Origin: Antedon mediterranea
Lineage: Eukaryota > Animalia > Echinodermata
Reading direction: 5' to 3'
Assembly (NCBI RefSeq): GCF_964355755.1
Contig: NC_092680.1
Location: 6,448,001-6,512,000, forward strand
Length of the DNA: 64,000 nucleotides
The notes under the pieces were generated by a model that saw only the letters and a list, made by a program, of their open reading frames with translations, was not told the DNA's origin and ran no database searches. The position numbers were made by a program, and so were the translations under genes. This document shows positions 50,696 through 64,000 of this stretch, piece after piece. Position 1 is the first letter of the stretch. Each line of letters begins with the position of its first letter.

Positions 50696-51900
50696 AAAGA
50701 GTGTAGATAAAAAAAAGAAATGTTGCAGATAGATTTGGAAAGAGTGCATATCAATAAATATATAAAAGAGTTAAAGATAAATTAGAAAATAATGTAGATA
50801 AATAGGAAAAGAGTGCAGAAAATTAGAAAATATTGCAGATAAGAAAAGAGTGCAGATAGAAAAGAAGAGTATGTAGATTAATATAAACGGAATGCACAAG
50901 AAATGAGTGCAGATAGATAAGAAAAGAGTGCAGATAGAACAAAGGAGTGCAAATAGAACAGAAGAGTATGTAGATTTATATGAACGGACAAGAAAAGAGT
51001 GCAGATAGAACAAAAGAGTAGATTAATATGAATGGAGTACACAAGAAATGAGTGCAGAAAGATAAGAAAATTGTGCATATAGAACAAAAGAGTGCAGATA
51101 GATAAGAAAAGAGTGCAGATAGATAAGAAAAGAGTGCAGATAGAACAAAAGAGTGCAAATAGAACAGAAGAGTATGTAGATTAATATGAACGGACAAGAA
51201 AAGAGTGCAGATAGAACAGAAGAGTATGTAGATTTATTAGAACGGACAAGAAAATTGTGCAGATAGAACAAAAGAGTACAGATAGAACAGAAGAGTATGT
51301 AGATTAATAAGAACGGACAAGAAAAGAGTGCAGATAATAATAATAATAATACCACATTTATATAGCGCCCTTTCCATGAGTAATCATGCTCAAAGGCGCT
51401 TTACAAGCATTGTTACCCCAGTATTTTTTGGATCAAACACGTATGGAAACATACTCCCATAATGCAGCCGGTAACCAGCGCAAATTATTAGTTGTGTCTA
51501 GATCTAACTGGGTACCCATTTATACACCTGGGTGGAGAGAGGCAACGTAAGTAAAGTATTTTGCCTGCGGATACAAGCAATGCGGCAAGAGTTGGATTCG
51601 AACCTAGGTCTGACGATCGGTAGTCCAACGTCCAACACACTGCGCCACACGCCCTCACAGATAGATACTAAAATAGTACAGATAGAACAGAAGAGTATGT
51701 GGATTAATATGAACGGAGTAAGAAAAGAGCACAGATAATTCAAAAGAGTGCAGATAGATAAGAAAAAAGTTCAGATAGAACAAAAGAGTATTTAGATTAA
51801 TATGAACGGAGTAAGAAAAGAGTGCAGATAATTCAAAAGAGTGTAGATAGATAAGAAAAGAGTACAGATAGAACAGAAGAGTGTAGGATAGATACGAAAA
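50696..51900. repeat. Purine-rich compound satellite (AAAAGAGTGCAGATAG / GAGTATGTAGATTAATATGAACGG units)
   Basis: Dozens of 19-35 bp variant units, interrupted by a SINE. Confidence 0.92.
51337..51657 (-). mobile_element. Full-length tRNA-derived SINE with an L2-like tail
   Basis: A box TGGCGCAGTG, B box GGTTCGAATCC, central CTCTCCACCCAGGTGTATAAATGGGTACC block, 3' GCGCCTTT..AAGGGCGCTATATAAAT stem and (TAT)n; flanked by CAGATA on both sides. Confidence 0.88.
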
Positions 51901-54900
51901 CAGTGATGATAACAAGAAAACTATTGTAATTCCTTGTTTGCTTCCACATTAGCGTGTCACCTTCTTGATTTTAAGTAATTAATTTCACATTTTTGTATGT
52001 CTTTACAAATATCTTCTTTACTTGTCTGCATTGGCCAATATAGGGCGACAACGTGGTTTTTTTCTGTAGGCCAATTAATAGACGGAAACATATCTAGCAA
52101 TTTATTAATCGATAGAACTGCAACAATAAAACTGCCAGCAGCTGTTACCTTGGTGATTATAGGTAGAGCGTTCTTAATGTAGATAATTTCTTTTTTTTTT
52201 CATTTTCAAAATTTAAAATTATTTTTTAATTCTATGTGTCATTATTCTTAGTGATAGACCATTATTTCTCCATGGATATATCTAACGCAGTTAATATCCT
52301 GTGTATCAACCACATCCTTTGTTATTGTATCGTGCCTTTCGTTAAACACGATAACTTTTTTTTAAATTACACTTTCCAGATTTACACCATACTCGTACAC
52401 TGTATACTGTATGTCTAAAACCACTCAGAAATCCTGAATTGGATTTCTTAGCTAGACTTAACGATTATAACCAGTACAACTTATTTTTTTCGTTGGCAGC
52501 TAGACATTGCCGTCTGTACGAGTATTATTCCTTCGTTATTTGTAACTTTATATTTATTGTTGTTAATCACACAATATTTGCTTACACTACTGAGTAGGGT
52601 ATGCACTCCCAGTCGGCTACTAAAGTTATCCCAGTAGATTGATAGTGCATTATTTTGATAAAGCGACGTATGGCACGAGCTAAAACAAACAACCATGTTA
52701 TGTAAACCAAAAGCAAAGATTGCTATGTAAAAACTAATAGGGATCTATCTATCTTACTGAAAACATTTTTTACTTTCAGTCTTGATTGTAAATATTTACA
52801 CTTAGGCATATACATCATATTTGAATGTGAATCGAAATCCGATAGAAGATTTTGCGAACTGCCTTCCGAGCACACCAAACAGCGCCGCTGGTCAACCAGA
52901 ACTCCACTATGTAATGTTTCTGAGCTGTTTAGACATTATATGTAGTTTTCTTAAATATTCATTTTTACATAAACAATTTAGGTTTCATTTGTGAACCTAT
53001 TCTGCGCTTTTTTTGTGTAAAATATCTCCAAGCTACACGGGATACACGGCTGTTTCAAAGATATGAATTAAGTCACGCGCTGCCAACGGTAGAGCGGTGC
53101 ATTGTGGAGCTACCATTCGCAAACATTTAAACGCGAATCCATGTGTGTATACCGGAAGCTGATAATAATTTGACCGTTATAAAACCAACCAATAAGAAAT
53201 AAATATAGACCGAGAGCTGAAATAAACCTATGAATATTCATTAATACAACAGCCGGGACAGAAACCATGTTGTTTTTAAAACCTATTCGACCGATAAAGT
53301 TATCAAAGCCTTTTGACCAATCAGCACATAATAAACAAAATTCAACTATTAAAATTAAGTTTTTTGAAATCTATAATTAACATTCTTCTTTATGAGTATC
53401 TCTTTATTCCAAGTTTACGTTTCCTACGATTTGTTTCATTTTGTTTGGTTAGTGGTATACGTTCGATGTGTTTATTGTGCTGTATAACTCGATATTGAAA
53501 TCTAGTTTTGACAAATCATGTGAAAAGATTACGTCACGTTATCTCAATAGTTAATTAACTGTCAATTCATTAATCATTAATTTAGGACCAAATGATTGAA
53601 AAAAAAACTACAGTATAATTCAACTTTAATTAAATATCGTCACTTAACGAGCCATGTTGAAGATCGAAGAAAACCTATGACTCGTGAAAAACAAATAACG
53701 ATCAATTTTCAGAAATGTTTTACTAATGCGATATACTGAGGAGAAAAAAATAGCCTGTTACTAATGGGAATGAAATAAACGAGCAATTACCACAATAAAA
53801 TGTACATACCCTACTTTGAATACAATTTATTAAATGTTGTGCTTCACCCACCGTCCTATATTGTGTTTTGTGAAAAAGGTCAAGATATAGAAAACAATAA
53901 AGTAACGTCAAGACCCAAACAGTTATAGCTTTACTACTCCTTTTCTCTATTAACGCATCCATCTTTGTTTCACACATTTTTTTTTATACTAATTTTACTG
54001 CTTTAATAATGCTTATACTGTTTAAATACTGTAGTTTAGTTAATGTATTAATGACGGTATTACCACCGAATTATTCTGTATTGTTCTTTTGATTATAATA
54101 CATTGGACCATTTTTATAGGTTAAATATGCGATTTGTTGGCTTGTGTGTTGTGTGTATTACTTTAATGCTATATCTTAATAGATAATTTCCTCTGTTTTA
54201 TTAGAAAAAAATTTGCCACTGGCAATAACCAATATTGAGTAACTCTCTTGAAATAATATGATGCATTGTAAAGAGATATTATTAAGCTTCATAGAGAGTT
54301 AAGCGAGTGACATAACTGTGCTGAGTATTTTTTTTTTTTTTTTTTTTTTTTTAATAGCCATGGGAATACCAACACTTATAGTGTTACTATCACTAAATAG
54401 GAGTAACTACAGTGTGATTGTGATTGTGATTATTCTGTGTCCATTTTGTTTCCAGTATATCACATTCAATTTCTGTCGACTTACTCGGTGCATCGGTTTT
54501 TATTACAATTCAACAACTTCTATTACCCAATTAGGACATTCCTTTGGTCCTAAAAGACTAAAATTAGCAAAATCAAACATCTTGAAAACAGAAGAACATA
54601 GAGTGCACAAAACTATTTTTAACTGTAAAAAGATGCTTCGTTTAAAGTAATCTGGTGTTATCCAATGAGTATGTGTTTCCTCTTTACATGGATATATCTA
54701 ATTGTGCATTCTTTGTCTCTAATCTTACTAACTTGATACATGATTCTATGAAACACTTTCTTCTTGTCGCTATCTCTCTACCTCTTCACTCCGGATAAAT
54801 TGTAAAAATTATACCATGCGGAAAGTGTTGTAGAGAATTATAAACATACTTGTTATATTTCTATTGCTTTTCTGATATTTATGATTTATATTTATCAATA

Positions 54901-57900
54901 TCAACAGCGAGCAATTCGCAAATTACAGCATGGATAATCCATTGCACTATAAACTAGTATGATAAATTATTTATCGTGCTTATAAACTAAGTATCATTTG
55001 AGGCTTAGTGAGTGGTTTTGAAAGAGTCGCACTAGGTTAAGATTAAACCGTGGACAGTGGAAAACAAGTCCGTAACCACCAAGAACAGCTCCACTACTAT
55101 GTGTAATATGTAGAGAGATATATATTGTTTATTAATAACAATGCCTTTTTATACCTTTTACTGTAGAATGAAAACGTTATGCGTGACTACTCTATATTGA
55201 TCCTTTGTTGTTTTTGTCTTTGTTGATCAACCAATAAAGTATACATTTATTAGTTTAACATATTTTACCATAATAACAATAGAGCCTTGTACTTCATATC
55301 GACCAGTAGTTAAATATTAACAACAATAAAATAATATTAGAACTAATAATTATTGAGTTCCTTTCTTTTCGGTTGCCTGTAAAATTATTTGTATAGTAAT
55401 TTCCTCTATTTTAGACTTTAAAACAAAACTAGAAGATAGCTAATCAATAACTATGTCTATGAGGCAAAATATGCATAATTTAAATAATGTATTGCCATAT
55501 AGAGTGATAAAAATAATAATAAATTGTACCGGAAAGGTCTCTTTCAATATTCTTCTTGAATTTCACGGGTGCATTAGCAATGTTGCAACAGGGTATTGGT
55601 GATAGAGTGACTGCACAGATTGAAAATAGGTAATCATAAACTGCAACATTAAATCAAGTACATTGTATAGACAGTTAGTTATGTACTTGAATATGCTGAA
55701 GTGGTGGGACTAACGTGATAAATTACAAAAGCATTAGAATAGTGATGAAATGGCTTGACACCTGTAACAATACTACGCTGGTCTTAAAATTGAATTCGAG
55801 GGAAAATATACCTTAAAAGGTATTATTATTGTTTGATTATTACTGTGTTTGTTACATTTACAGTATTTCGATGGTGGGGAAACATAGACTGGAGATAGAT
55901 ACCAACAGTGATTTTTGTCATGATGGGGGGGGGGGGGGGGCACATGGAAATACCAACAGTGATTATTGTTATGATTTAATAGTATTCGCGTCACAGTATC
56001 GCGTTGCCAAAGACACAACACTAAGGCAATAAGTGAGTATAATTATGGAAAGTGAATTTGCACCTTGTCTTGGTCCACACTGTGGAAATAGGCCTACATA
56101 TGTGATAGATTGTAAAATTGTTTCTATGTTAACATACGTTATGTAATTATTGCTTGTCTCTCGAAAAATGATACGTTGTTGTTTTTTTTTGTTTTTTTGT
56201 TATACAATATGTTGATGATTTTTGCTGATTTTGGTCGAAATAAATGTTTAACTGAATTGAATTGATTGTGAGTCGAGTAGGCGTATTACTTACCTACTGA
56301 ACGTGTTTTGTTATTCATAGATATGCCTAATGATTTAAGTTGTCCGGAATGGTAATGCGTTAATGCTACGGCGATCTCTTTGATATCAATTAAATTACCA
56401 TTAAATCAATCCCAGTTTGTTATGTGAGTACAATTGATAAAAACATAAGAGCTATTAATAATCTTAGATGTATACTTAGTATTCGGAAGTGAGGGTTATA
56501 ACTCATTTGTGCAAATAATTGTTTTTACTGTTTATGAATAAGTGGTAACATGGTATTGTATAATTCAATATTTTAAAAACCAATGCTAAGATATTGTATA
56601 ACCATGGTATAACCGTTTCATTACGTTTATTTATGCAACCAGCAATATACAATAACAAACAAATATACAGTAACCTACGCAAATGAATAGAGAAGACAGC
56701 TTAAGCAACATTGCTTTGACCAGGGAAGAGTGAAATTAAAATGTAATTTCACTCTTCAATGCTGTGATTTAAATCAGCCAACACACCTTGTATTGATATG
56801 CCTATAATATTAATAACATAAAAAATAACTAAATTAGTTAAATTACAGCTAATTACAATAGACCGGTTTGTATTCTTTTGCAGTGTATACCTATTCTGTA
56901 AATGGCTAGCACGATAGTACCGACCTTTTGGTTAACTTTTTTTTATATTCAATCAACATAATTATTATTAATTACTAGACCTATATATATTTGTATATTT
57001 GTATTGTAATACAACCTTTGAACTTGTGACATATACGGTACCAGGTCAATGTAAACCATACTATTTTTATTACAATACCGGTAAACAATGTGACATGATA
57101 ATCTTTATATAGGCTGAAATTTAACTAATTTAATATAGAGGTAAGAAAGTATAAAGAAATAGGAGAAATTATAATTGCTGCGTTAAGAATTTAAAAAGTC
57201 TTAAAGTATCGTAAATAATGGATGAAAAAAGAAACTCTGTTTTTTTTATGATTATTTTGAGATACCTTCAGGAGATTGCCCTTCATTAATATTGAACTTT
57301 AGTTTGAACATGGATTAAAGAATAATCCATGGTTTGAAGAAATTTACGCTTAAACCGCAGAATAGGATTGAATACGAATACATTTGAAACCACACAAATA
57401 TGTGCAAAGCAACCAACATAAAATATTTACGTACATAACAATCGCGCTAAGGCTGCCATCCATTGTTTTCCTGACGACCGCGGCACGGAATATAAACTAG
57501 CTCGACGACTGATATTAATTAGCCATACTTCATTTATAGGCGGCATGGTGAAAAGGTTTGGGAAAACGGTGATTACCTGAACTTCCAAAGTGTCCAGGTA
57601 ATTTATCATTGTAAATCGATTTCACTACAGTGTAATTTCTCATAATGCGTACGATCCTTGAATTAATGATTAAATGATATACATTTATGTAATGTTCATT
57701 ACAGAAGTAATACTAATAAACCATCACATAATCACAATCTAAAATTGCAGGCACGTAGTTCAGTTCCACTTTAATGATGATTGTTTTATCAGACAGAATA
57801 CAATTAATATGATTTTATAAACATTCCATCCATATTTTGTAGAGAGATTTGGTTATTTTTCAATTTGAAAAAGGGGTTTTAAGGTCAGTGGTGTACAAAT

Positions 57901-58388
57901 ATTATATATAATGCTTGGTTCCCACTAGCGATGCAACGTAACGCAATCTACGCAACGTAAGAAAATGCCCTCCCAATTATTGCCCCCCCCCCCACCCCAT
58001 TTTCAGCACTATTGCGTCGTCGGCTCCCACACTTGTGATTACGCAAGCAGGAAAAGACAAACTTGCCATAGTTATAATTAAAATTGTTTGAAATCAATCT
58101 TACTTCATCCACTAAATAATTTCCTTATAAATGTTATTATTTACATACGTTTGGTTTGACATTTTTGTCGAGTAGGACCAGGCCCTGGATTCTGCTTACA
58201 GGCATGCAATTTCGCACTTTTTTGTTTAAAAAAAATCAAAATCGATAGGAAAAATTTACGTAATTTATGCTGTGTAGGTAAAATATTATTTTTTGATAGC
58301 AGTTCTATGATGACCATCGTTAATCATCTTGTCCCGAGTCGCATACTGACAAAACACAAACATAAAAGTCTATATTACTGTTATAATA

Positions 58389-58641
58389 TTTATTTTATTT
58401 ATTTATTTTTACCATATTTAATGAAGGTGATCCATCCAGCAATTGCTGATCATTAGGAACCCTCAGAGGTTCACAAGACAAACATAGGCCTATACACAAG
58501 GTGCTCTACATAAACAAAGTCCTATTACAAGTCTTTGGGAGTGGATTTGTAATTGTGTCCTTATAGAAAATCCTGACATGTGACGGGACTTGAACCCACG
58601 ACCCTTGGAGTGGTAGCCAAGCATCATAACCACCAAGCCAC
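58389..58641 (-). mobile_element. tRNA-derived SINE, second family
   Basis: Minus strand A box TGGCTTGGTGG, B box GGTTCAAGTCC and an (AAAT)n tail. Confidence 0.75.
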
Positions 58642-61600
58642 AAATTTAAAATTATGAATATCATTATCAATGACTGGAAGCACTATACTTGTCAACATAT
58701 ATTTTTAAATTACTATAATTTTTTTAATATTTCTTCAATACACTTGTCCCTGTGATTTCTCGTAGGCGGACACAAATTATTAAGTTTTGTCTTACAAGCA
58801 TTTGGTACGCCTCTCATAAGTGGACATCTCACGTAGTAAATACGGATAGTTGTTGAAGTTTGAAACAATTTAATACAGTATAAAGGATTTACAATTCTGA
58901 TGATGTAGATGACCTTATGTTTGCATCACGCTTAATTGAGCAGCTTACGGAGTAGTAGGCCAGGCGCAGTAGTGTTAGTTTGAAAATGGTGATTCCATTT
59001 TCACGGATTCTTAGTAGAATGGGAACGTTTAAGAAGGAAAGTCACTAAATTGTATTGAGTAGTTTTCGTTGTTATTTTGTCCTTTCGCTATTATAACTAC
59101 AAGAAAAGTATCGTACGACTACTAAACTTAAGGCTTAGACTCCTTCCGAAGATTCATTCACTTTGGTTCTAGTCGTCAGACAGCTCTTGCTAATTTACAG
59201 CATTACTTTAGCGGTCGGTATCTTTGATCTTTTCAGAAAAAAGGGAACGAGTCGAGTCATAGCTCACATTTAATTCAGCAATAGTACGCGAATTATCTCT
59301 TTAAAACAATTCAGATAATAATCTATGCAAACACAGCCATTCATTATTGTAGCAAAAACAAGAACAACCCCCGGTAGTATTATTTGGCATTTGGCCATGC
59401 ATTATGTTATAGTAGTGCTTTTGTTACTAGACATTTTTAGATTTTTATGTAAATGAATCAAAATAATAGTTATTGTTGTTCATTTTCTTTTGTTAACAAT
59501 TCAATAGTCTATATGCACTTTATTCATTTTATTGTTTTATATGTATGTAACATGTAATTCAGCCTTTGGCTGCAATTTTGATATTGAATAAAATGAAATG
59601 AAATGAAATTATAAAATATCATTACTATATTTAGTTAACAGTAATAATATTTGTATATTGATAATCTCCGAGCTCCTTGAGTGCATAATTTACGTTCACA
59701 TATAAATAGCGTCCTTCAATAGAAATGATTATAATCGGTGTTGATAGTGAAAAACACCGGATTAAGAATATATTATAATAAATATAAATATAGACGCAGC
59801 AACTTTAATCTTTAGGTGGATGCGCTTAAAAAGGATTGTTTTTGATTTGCATAGCCTTTGGTTATATTTCGATTTTCAGTTCACTTTCAGTACGTGTTGT
59901 TCATTTATTAAATGAACGATCATGTTTTTTTCCGGTAAAAAATGCAATATTATAGAAACCGATTATGTTTAAGTGACGTTAAATTTGAAGGAGAAGGTAC
60001 TCTTTTTAATGAGCTCCTTATGGAACATTGTTTATGATAACCTATTGCTTGAAATGAGATTTATGTGGGAATCATTTTAAAGGTTATTAACGTGTTGTTT
60101 CTACATTGCTTATCTTAATACTGTATCTACTTTTATTTATATACTATTACTTTTTACATTTATTTACTGTGTTATTAAAGTCATGTGACAGAATTCCTAT
60201 TCTATTCTGATGGAGTTTGGAATTTCACAATGAAGTTTATCAACGAAAGAGTACATTGTTATTATTATTTATAAATAGCATCTAATATATTCTGAGTGAG
60301 TGGGTAAAACCTAATACCAAATTCATAAATAACGTAGGATCTGAAAGGCTAATTATCAAACGTTAAATACGCATTTTTAGTAGAGGGCGGCATATTTGTA
60401 AAGAGGGCGATGTTGTATAGATCCTAAAAGAAAACTAACCTGCCCTCTCGGTCTCAGTATTATATTCCTAACTGAACTGGAGCTCGATAACGTTTAAGTG
60501 TACCAGTACTTTTCTTACCAATACAAAATATTCTAAGGAATCTATAAGCTTCCCTATTCTAAATTTAACTAAAATTAAATATGGAGATAAAACGTATTTT
60601 TGTAATTTAACAAACGATGCATAAATTTGCACAAGTATTATTTGTTCATTTATTTTAATAGTTGGCTTGTGTATAAAACGGACGTGATATAATAATAATA
60701 TTACTTCATACCTGTTACATCTATTACGCTCCATGATGACGCAAAAAATGTAATCGAAAAATCTAGATACGGTAAACCAAGTTACTTATGGATTACTTGC
60801 TCTTGACACATTATCACACGACATATTATTATTTTCTAATCGATTTTTAATTGTTGATAGACGAATGTGTAGCACGATTCATAGAAGAGTATTATAGGAT
60901 GCCAGAGGCAACATAATTATTCTCTTAAATAGTGTGATAATTTGCACGTTGAACATAACACTATTATTAGTGGTGATACTTGAATTAGAATAGGCCTATA
61001 CAACGTACGGTATGAATGTTAAATAGCCCGTAGTTGCCAGTTGCCCCTAACCATGTTCTGAAAAAATGATATTATAAAATTATATAAAATGCACATTGGC
61101 ATGTTCTTACAATCGAAATGATTAAATGTGTATTATAATTGATTGTATTTGTATCATGAAGCTTGGTGATTAGAGGCTAGTGATCTGTCGAGTCCCAACA
61201 GAGAATTACTTGCAATTTGTGTGTGTTCTCTTTGTAACAGTACTTAGGAACAATTACGTTAGAGAGCAAACATTTGACCAATTTATTTGTATTTTTTTAT
61301 TATTTCAATATTTTATGTTTAATTATTTTACAATAATGCTAATAAACGATTTATTTAACGCTTTACTAAGTAACATGAGGTATTTAGAAATAAGTATTTA
61401 CGAGTTCAGTTTACTGTTTTTCAAAAAGAGCCTAAATTCAATTAAATAAGTTTATCCTGTATCAATTTAAAATCTACTTCTGTTTAAGAATATTCTCTCA
61501 TTATTTGTAGGTAATAGGCTATGAGAGATAAAATATGTGTGCCCTTAATGAGTTTAGCCAAGGAGATTGTAATGGCCGGCCAATTTAAGGGTAAATCTTA

Positions 61601-62529
61601 TTTTATTGATATTTCATTCGCATGGCATTAAGAATTTATTTGAAATTGACTTCAGAGTATGGTCAAGCTTAGTGATGACGGTCGTATTATATAAGAAACA
61701 TTGTACACGGTTAACAACCTATATAGACAAGTTCTATTTCCTCTGAAATATGATGTAAGAAGCATTTTTGGGTAGAAGCTGGGATCCACTTGATTTAGGA
61801 TATTTCGACCTCGCTGATTACGAATATGGCGGATCCCAAGCGAAATTCGGCCATCTAAGCCCTTAATTTGCATAATTAAAAATGGCGGCCATTTTTTATA
61901 ATTACCCTATATCTCGAGAACCACTAGTCACAGATAATTAATTTTGGTGTCAAAATGTTTTAAATATATGTTTTTATATTCACTTTAATGACACATTTTC
62001 TCAAAAAATGGATGCAAGTCTTATTTCTGACATTTTGACCTTTGACCTTGATTTATCGTATCTCAGTAACCAATAATCGGAGAGACACGAAATAGGGCTC
62101 AAATTGTTCAGAAACTATACATTCATATTTATTATAATGAAATGTTTTTACAAAAAATGGCCGATTCTACAACTATTGACCTTTGAACTATTAGTCAAAT
62201 ATAATAATATAATAATAATATAACTTTGAAAATTGTGGTCTTATGAATTTTTTTTTCTTTTTAAATTGTTTAAAACATGTGACGTGTTTCTATCCAGTCT
62301 AATGGAATATTTTGTACAAGAATGGCCGATAGTATGGTTATTGACCTTTTAACTACAGCATAGGCCTACTGTATACTAAATATAATATAATTGCATAACT
62401 ATGAAATTATTTATACACAATAACAATTAGTAAAATTATAAAATTCACTGCCATCAAATATAATGTGTTATTATTTATATAGATTTAAAAAGGAATTTGA
62501 ATACGCAAGTTACAATTTTTGAAATTTGA

Positions 62530-63140
62530 AATTTGAAATTACCTGCCATCAATATGATGGAGTGTGCTTATGTGAACATGTCAGCTTGGAAATTACCTGC
62601 CATCAATATGATGGATTATGATTATAGATTTAAATAAGAATTTGAACACGTAAGCTACATTTGGAAATTACCTGCCATCAATATGATGGATTATGATTAT
62701 AGATTTAAAAAAGAATTTGAACACGTCAGCTACATTTGGAAATTTGGAAATTACCTGCCATCAATATGATGGATTATGATTGTATAGTACCTGCCATCAA
62801 TATGATGGATTATGATTATAGATTTTAAAAAGAATTTGAACACGTAAGCTACATTTGGAAATTACCTGCCATCAATATGATGGATTATGATTATAGATTT
62901 AAAAAAGACTTTGAACACGTCAGCTACATTTGGAAATTTGGAAATTACCTGCCATCAATATGATGGATTATGATTGTATAGTACCTGCCATCAATATGAT
63001 GGATTATGATTAGGCCTATAGATTTAAAAAAGAATTTGAACACGTAAGCTACATTTGAAAATTACTTGCCATCAATATGATGGATTATGATTGTATAGAT
63101 TTAAAAGAAAATGTGAACACGTACGTAAGCTACATTTGGA
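62530..63140. repeat. 75-bp tandem repeat with a ~194-bp higher-order duplication
   Basis: Unit GGAAATTACCTGCCATCAATATGATGGATTATGATTATAGATTTAAAAAAGAATTTGAACACGTAAGCTACATTT; starts at 62588, 62663 and 62857. Confidence 0.95.
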
Positions 63141-63151
63141 ATGAACATGTT

Positions 63152-63481
63152 AAGTCAAGTCAAGTCAAGTATCATTTATTATCATTTGTTTTAGGAAAAA
63201 CATAGAAATTCTGTTTGCTCTGTTGGCGGAGCACAATATCCAACGGACACAACACGAACTCAAAAAACAAGAACATTACAAAAAAAAGTCTACATCATAT
63301 TTAAGGCTCTAATAGATCCTGGAAAGAAACTATTTGTAAATCGTGCCTTATTGGCCTTAATAGAACGAAATCGCCGACCGCTGCGCATCAACTGGAACAT
63401 ACTAGAGGCCGGATGAAAATGATCATCTTTGATAGCCACTGCCTTTTTCAGAAGACGATCCGAAAGGGATTAAGGGCATCA
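63152..63481 (-). mobile_element. 5'-truncated Rex1/Babar-type LINE
   Basis: Minus strand translates SDRLLKKAVAIKDDHFHPASSMFQLMRSGRRFRSIKANKARFTNSFFPGSIRALNMM* (stop at 63290), followed by AATAAA and a (TTGAC)n tail. Confidence 0.8.
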
Positions 63482-64000
63482 GTTAAGATCATTCATGCAA
63501 AGGTTTCCGTCATCTTTAGCGTTGTTACAGCGGCATAAAGCTGTACATGGTAGTTTTGACTTCTTGCACCTACATTTATTGGTTATGTATCGTGTCTTGC
63601 ATCCACAATAAATCATCTCTAACGAAGCAGTAGGAATAGCTTCATTTTTCAGAAGCACTGGTTGAAGTTTACCATTAAATAGCTCCCAACCAAAATATGT
63701 TGGTGATGGCAAATGCTGGATTGGCGATACAGCTTTTTTCCATACGAGTGCTTGGAAGTGTGCTCTTTTTATATGTTGGTGCACTGCATCGCTTGTTGGA
63801 GGTAATGCCTTTTTTTTTTAAAGCCTAACTTTATTGGTACTTTTAACTTGACCAACACCGTAAACGTAGCAAATGAATCTTTCCGATTTCATAATAACTT
63901 GGTCACTGATAGGTTTTCTCCCAGGTCTTTAATTAGTTCATACCTTTTTTTAATACTTCCCATGCCGATGCCTTTGAGTGACCACTTAGATATGAGCAGT
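63479..64000 (-). pseudogene. Transposase C-terminus with XPG/H3TH-like and Cys8 (CXC-like) motifs, frameshifted
   Basis: Fragments CSYLSGHSKASAW, ERFICYVYG, LPPTSDA, HIKRAHFQALVW, PSP..FGW and CGCK..KCRCKKSKLPCTALCRC, with stop/frameshifts near 63810-63920. Confidence 0.75.

Larger units (their letters stand above)
61773..64000 (-). mobile_element. 3' part of an Academ (AcademX-type) DNA transposon; runs off the window
   Basis: Terminus TAGAAGCTGGGATCCACTTGAT resembles Academ TAG.. ends as I recall them; subterminal repeats; decayed XPG-like plus Cys8 coding region. Confidence 0.6.

Noticed and set aside
50458-51915. Overlapping hydrophobic ORFs (LSALFSYL repeats)
   Set aside because: They are translations of the pyrimidine-rich strand of the satellite and the SINE.
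684-61873. Remaining 60-110 aa ORFs in the track
   Set aside because: AT-rich, low-complexity translations with no domains or consistent splice structure; expected by chance.
62530-63140. CRISPR-like look: recurring ~30-bp repeat with an internal hairpin CCATCA-ATA-TGATGG
   Set aside because: The intervening sequences are copies of each other, not unique spacers. There are no cas genes and the context is eukaryotic, so it is a satellite.

Overview
AT-rich (roughly 30% GC by eye), repeat-dense eukaryotic DNA from an invertebrate; an echinoderm is plausible but cannot be proven from the sequence. One host gene is recognisable: a spliced, minus-strand kisspeptin-receptor-like (GPR54/galanin-group) GPCR with three exons at 36947-34998; its first coding exon was not located. 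The rest is mostly mobile DNA. A near-complete CR1-type LINE carries a 2A-like DIEVNPGP recoding motif and is broken by one frameshift and a 125-bp MITE. The right end holds a decayed Academ-type transposon with a Rex1/Babar LINE fragment inserted. There are also many TIR MITEs (TTAA, TA, TWA, 5-bp and 8-bp targets), tRNA-derived SINEs, Helentron/DINE-like elements and satellites. The most notable signals are (i) three families of minimal hammerhead-ribozyme motifs (Penelope/retrozyme-like), one with an intact core; (ii) short palindromes flanked by 7-bp duplications that look like P-superfamily excision scars, one with exactly 17+17 bp arms; and (iii) about 28 copies of TAGGCCTA, which in one satellite unit is visibly a 6-bp insertion at a TA. 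No prokaryotic features or CRISPR array were found. All family calls come from motif recognition, not database searches.
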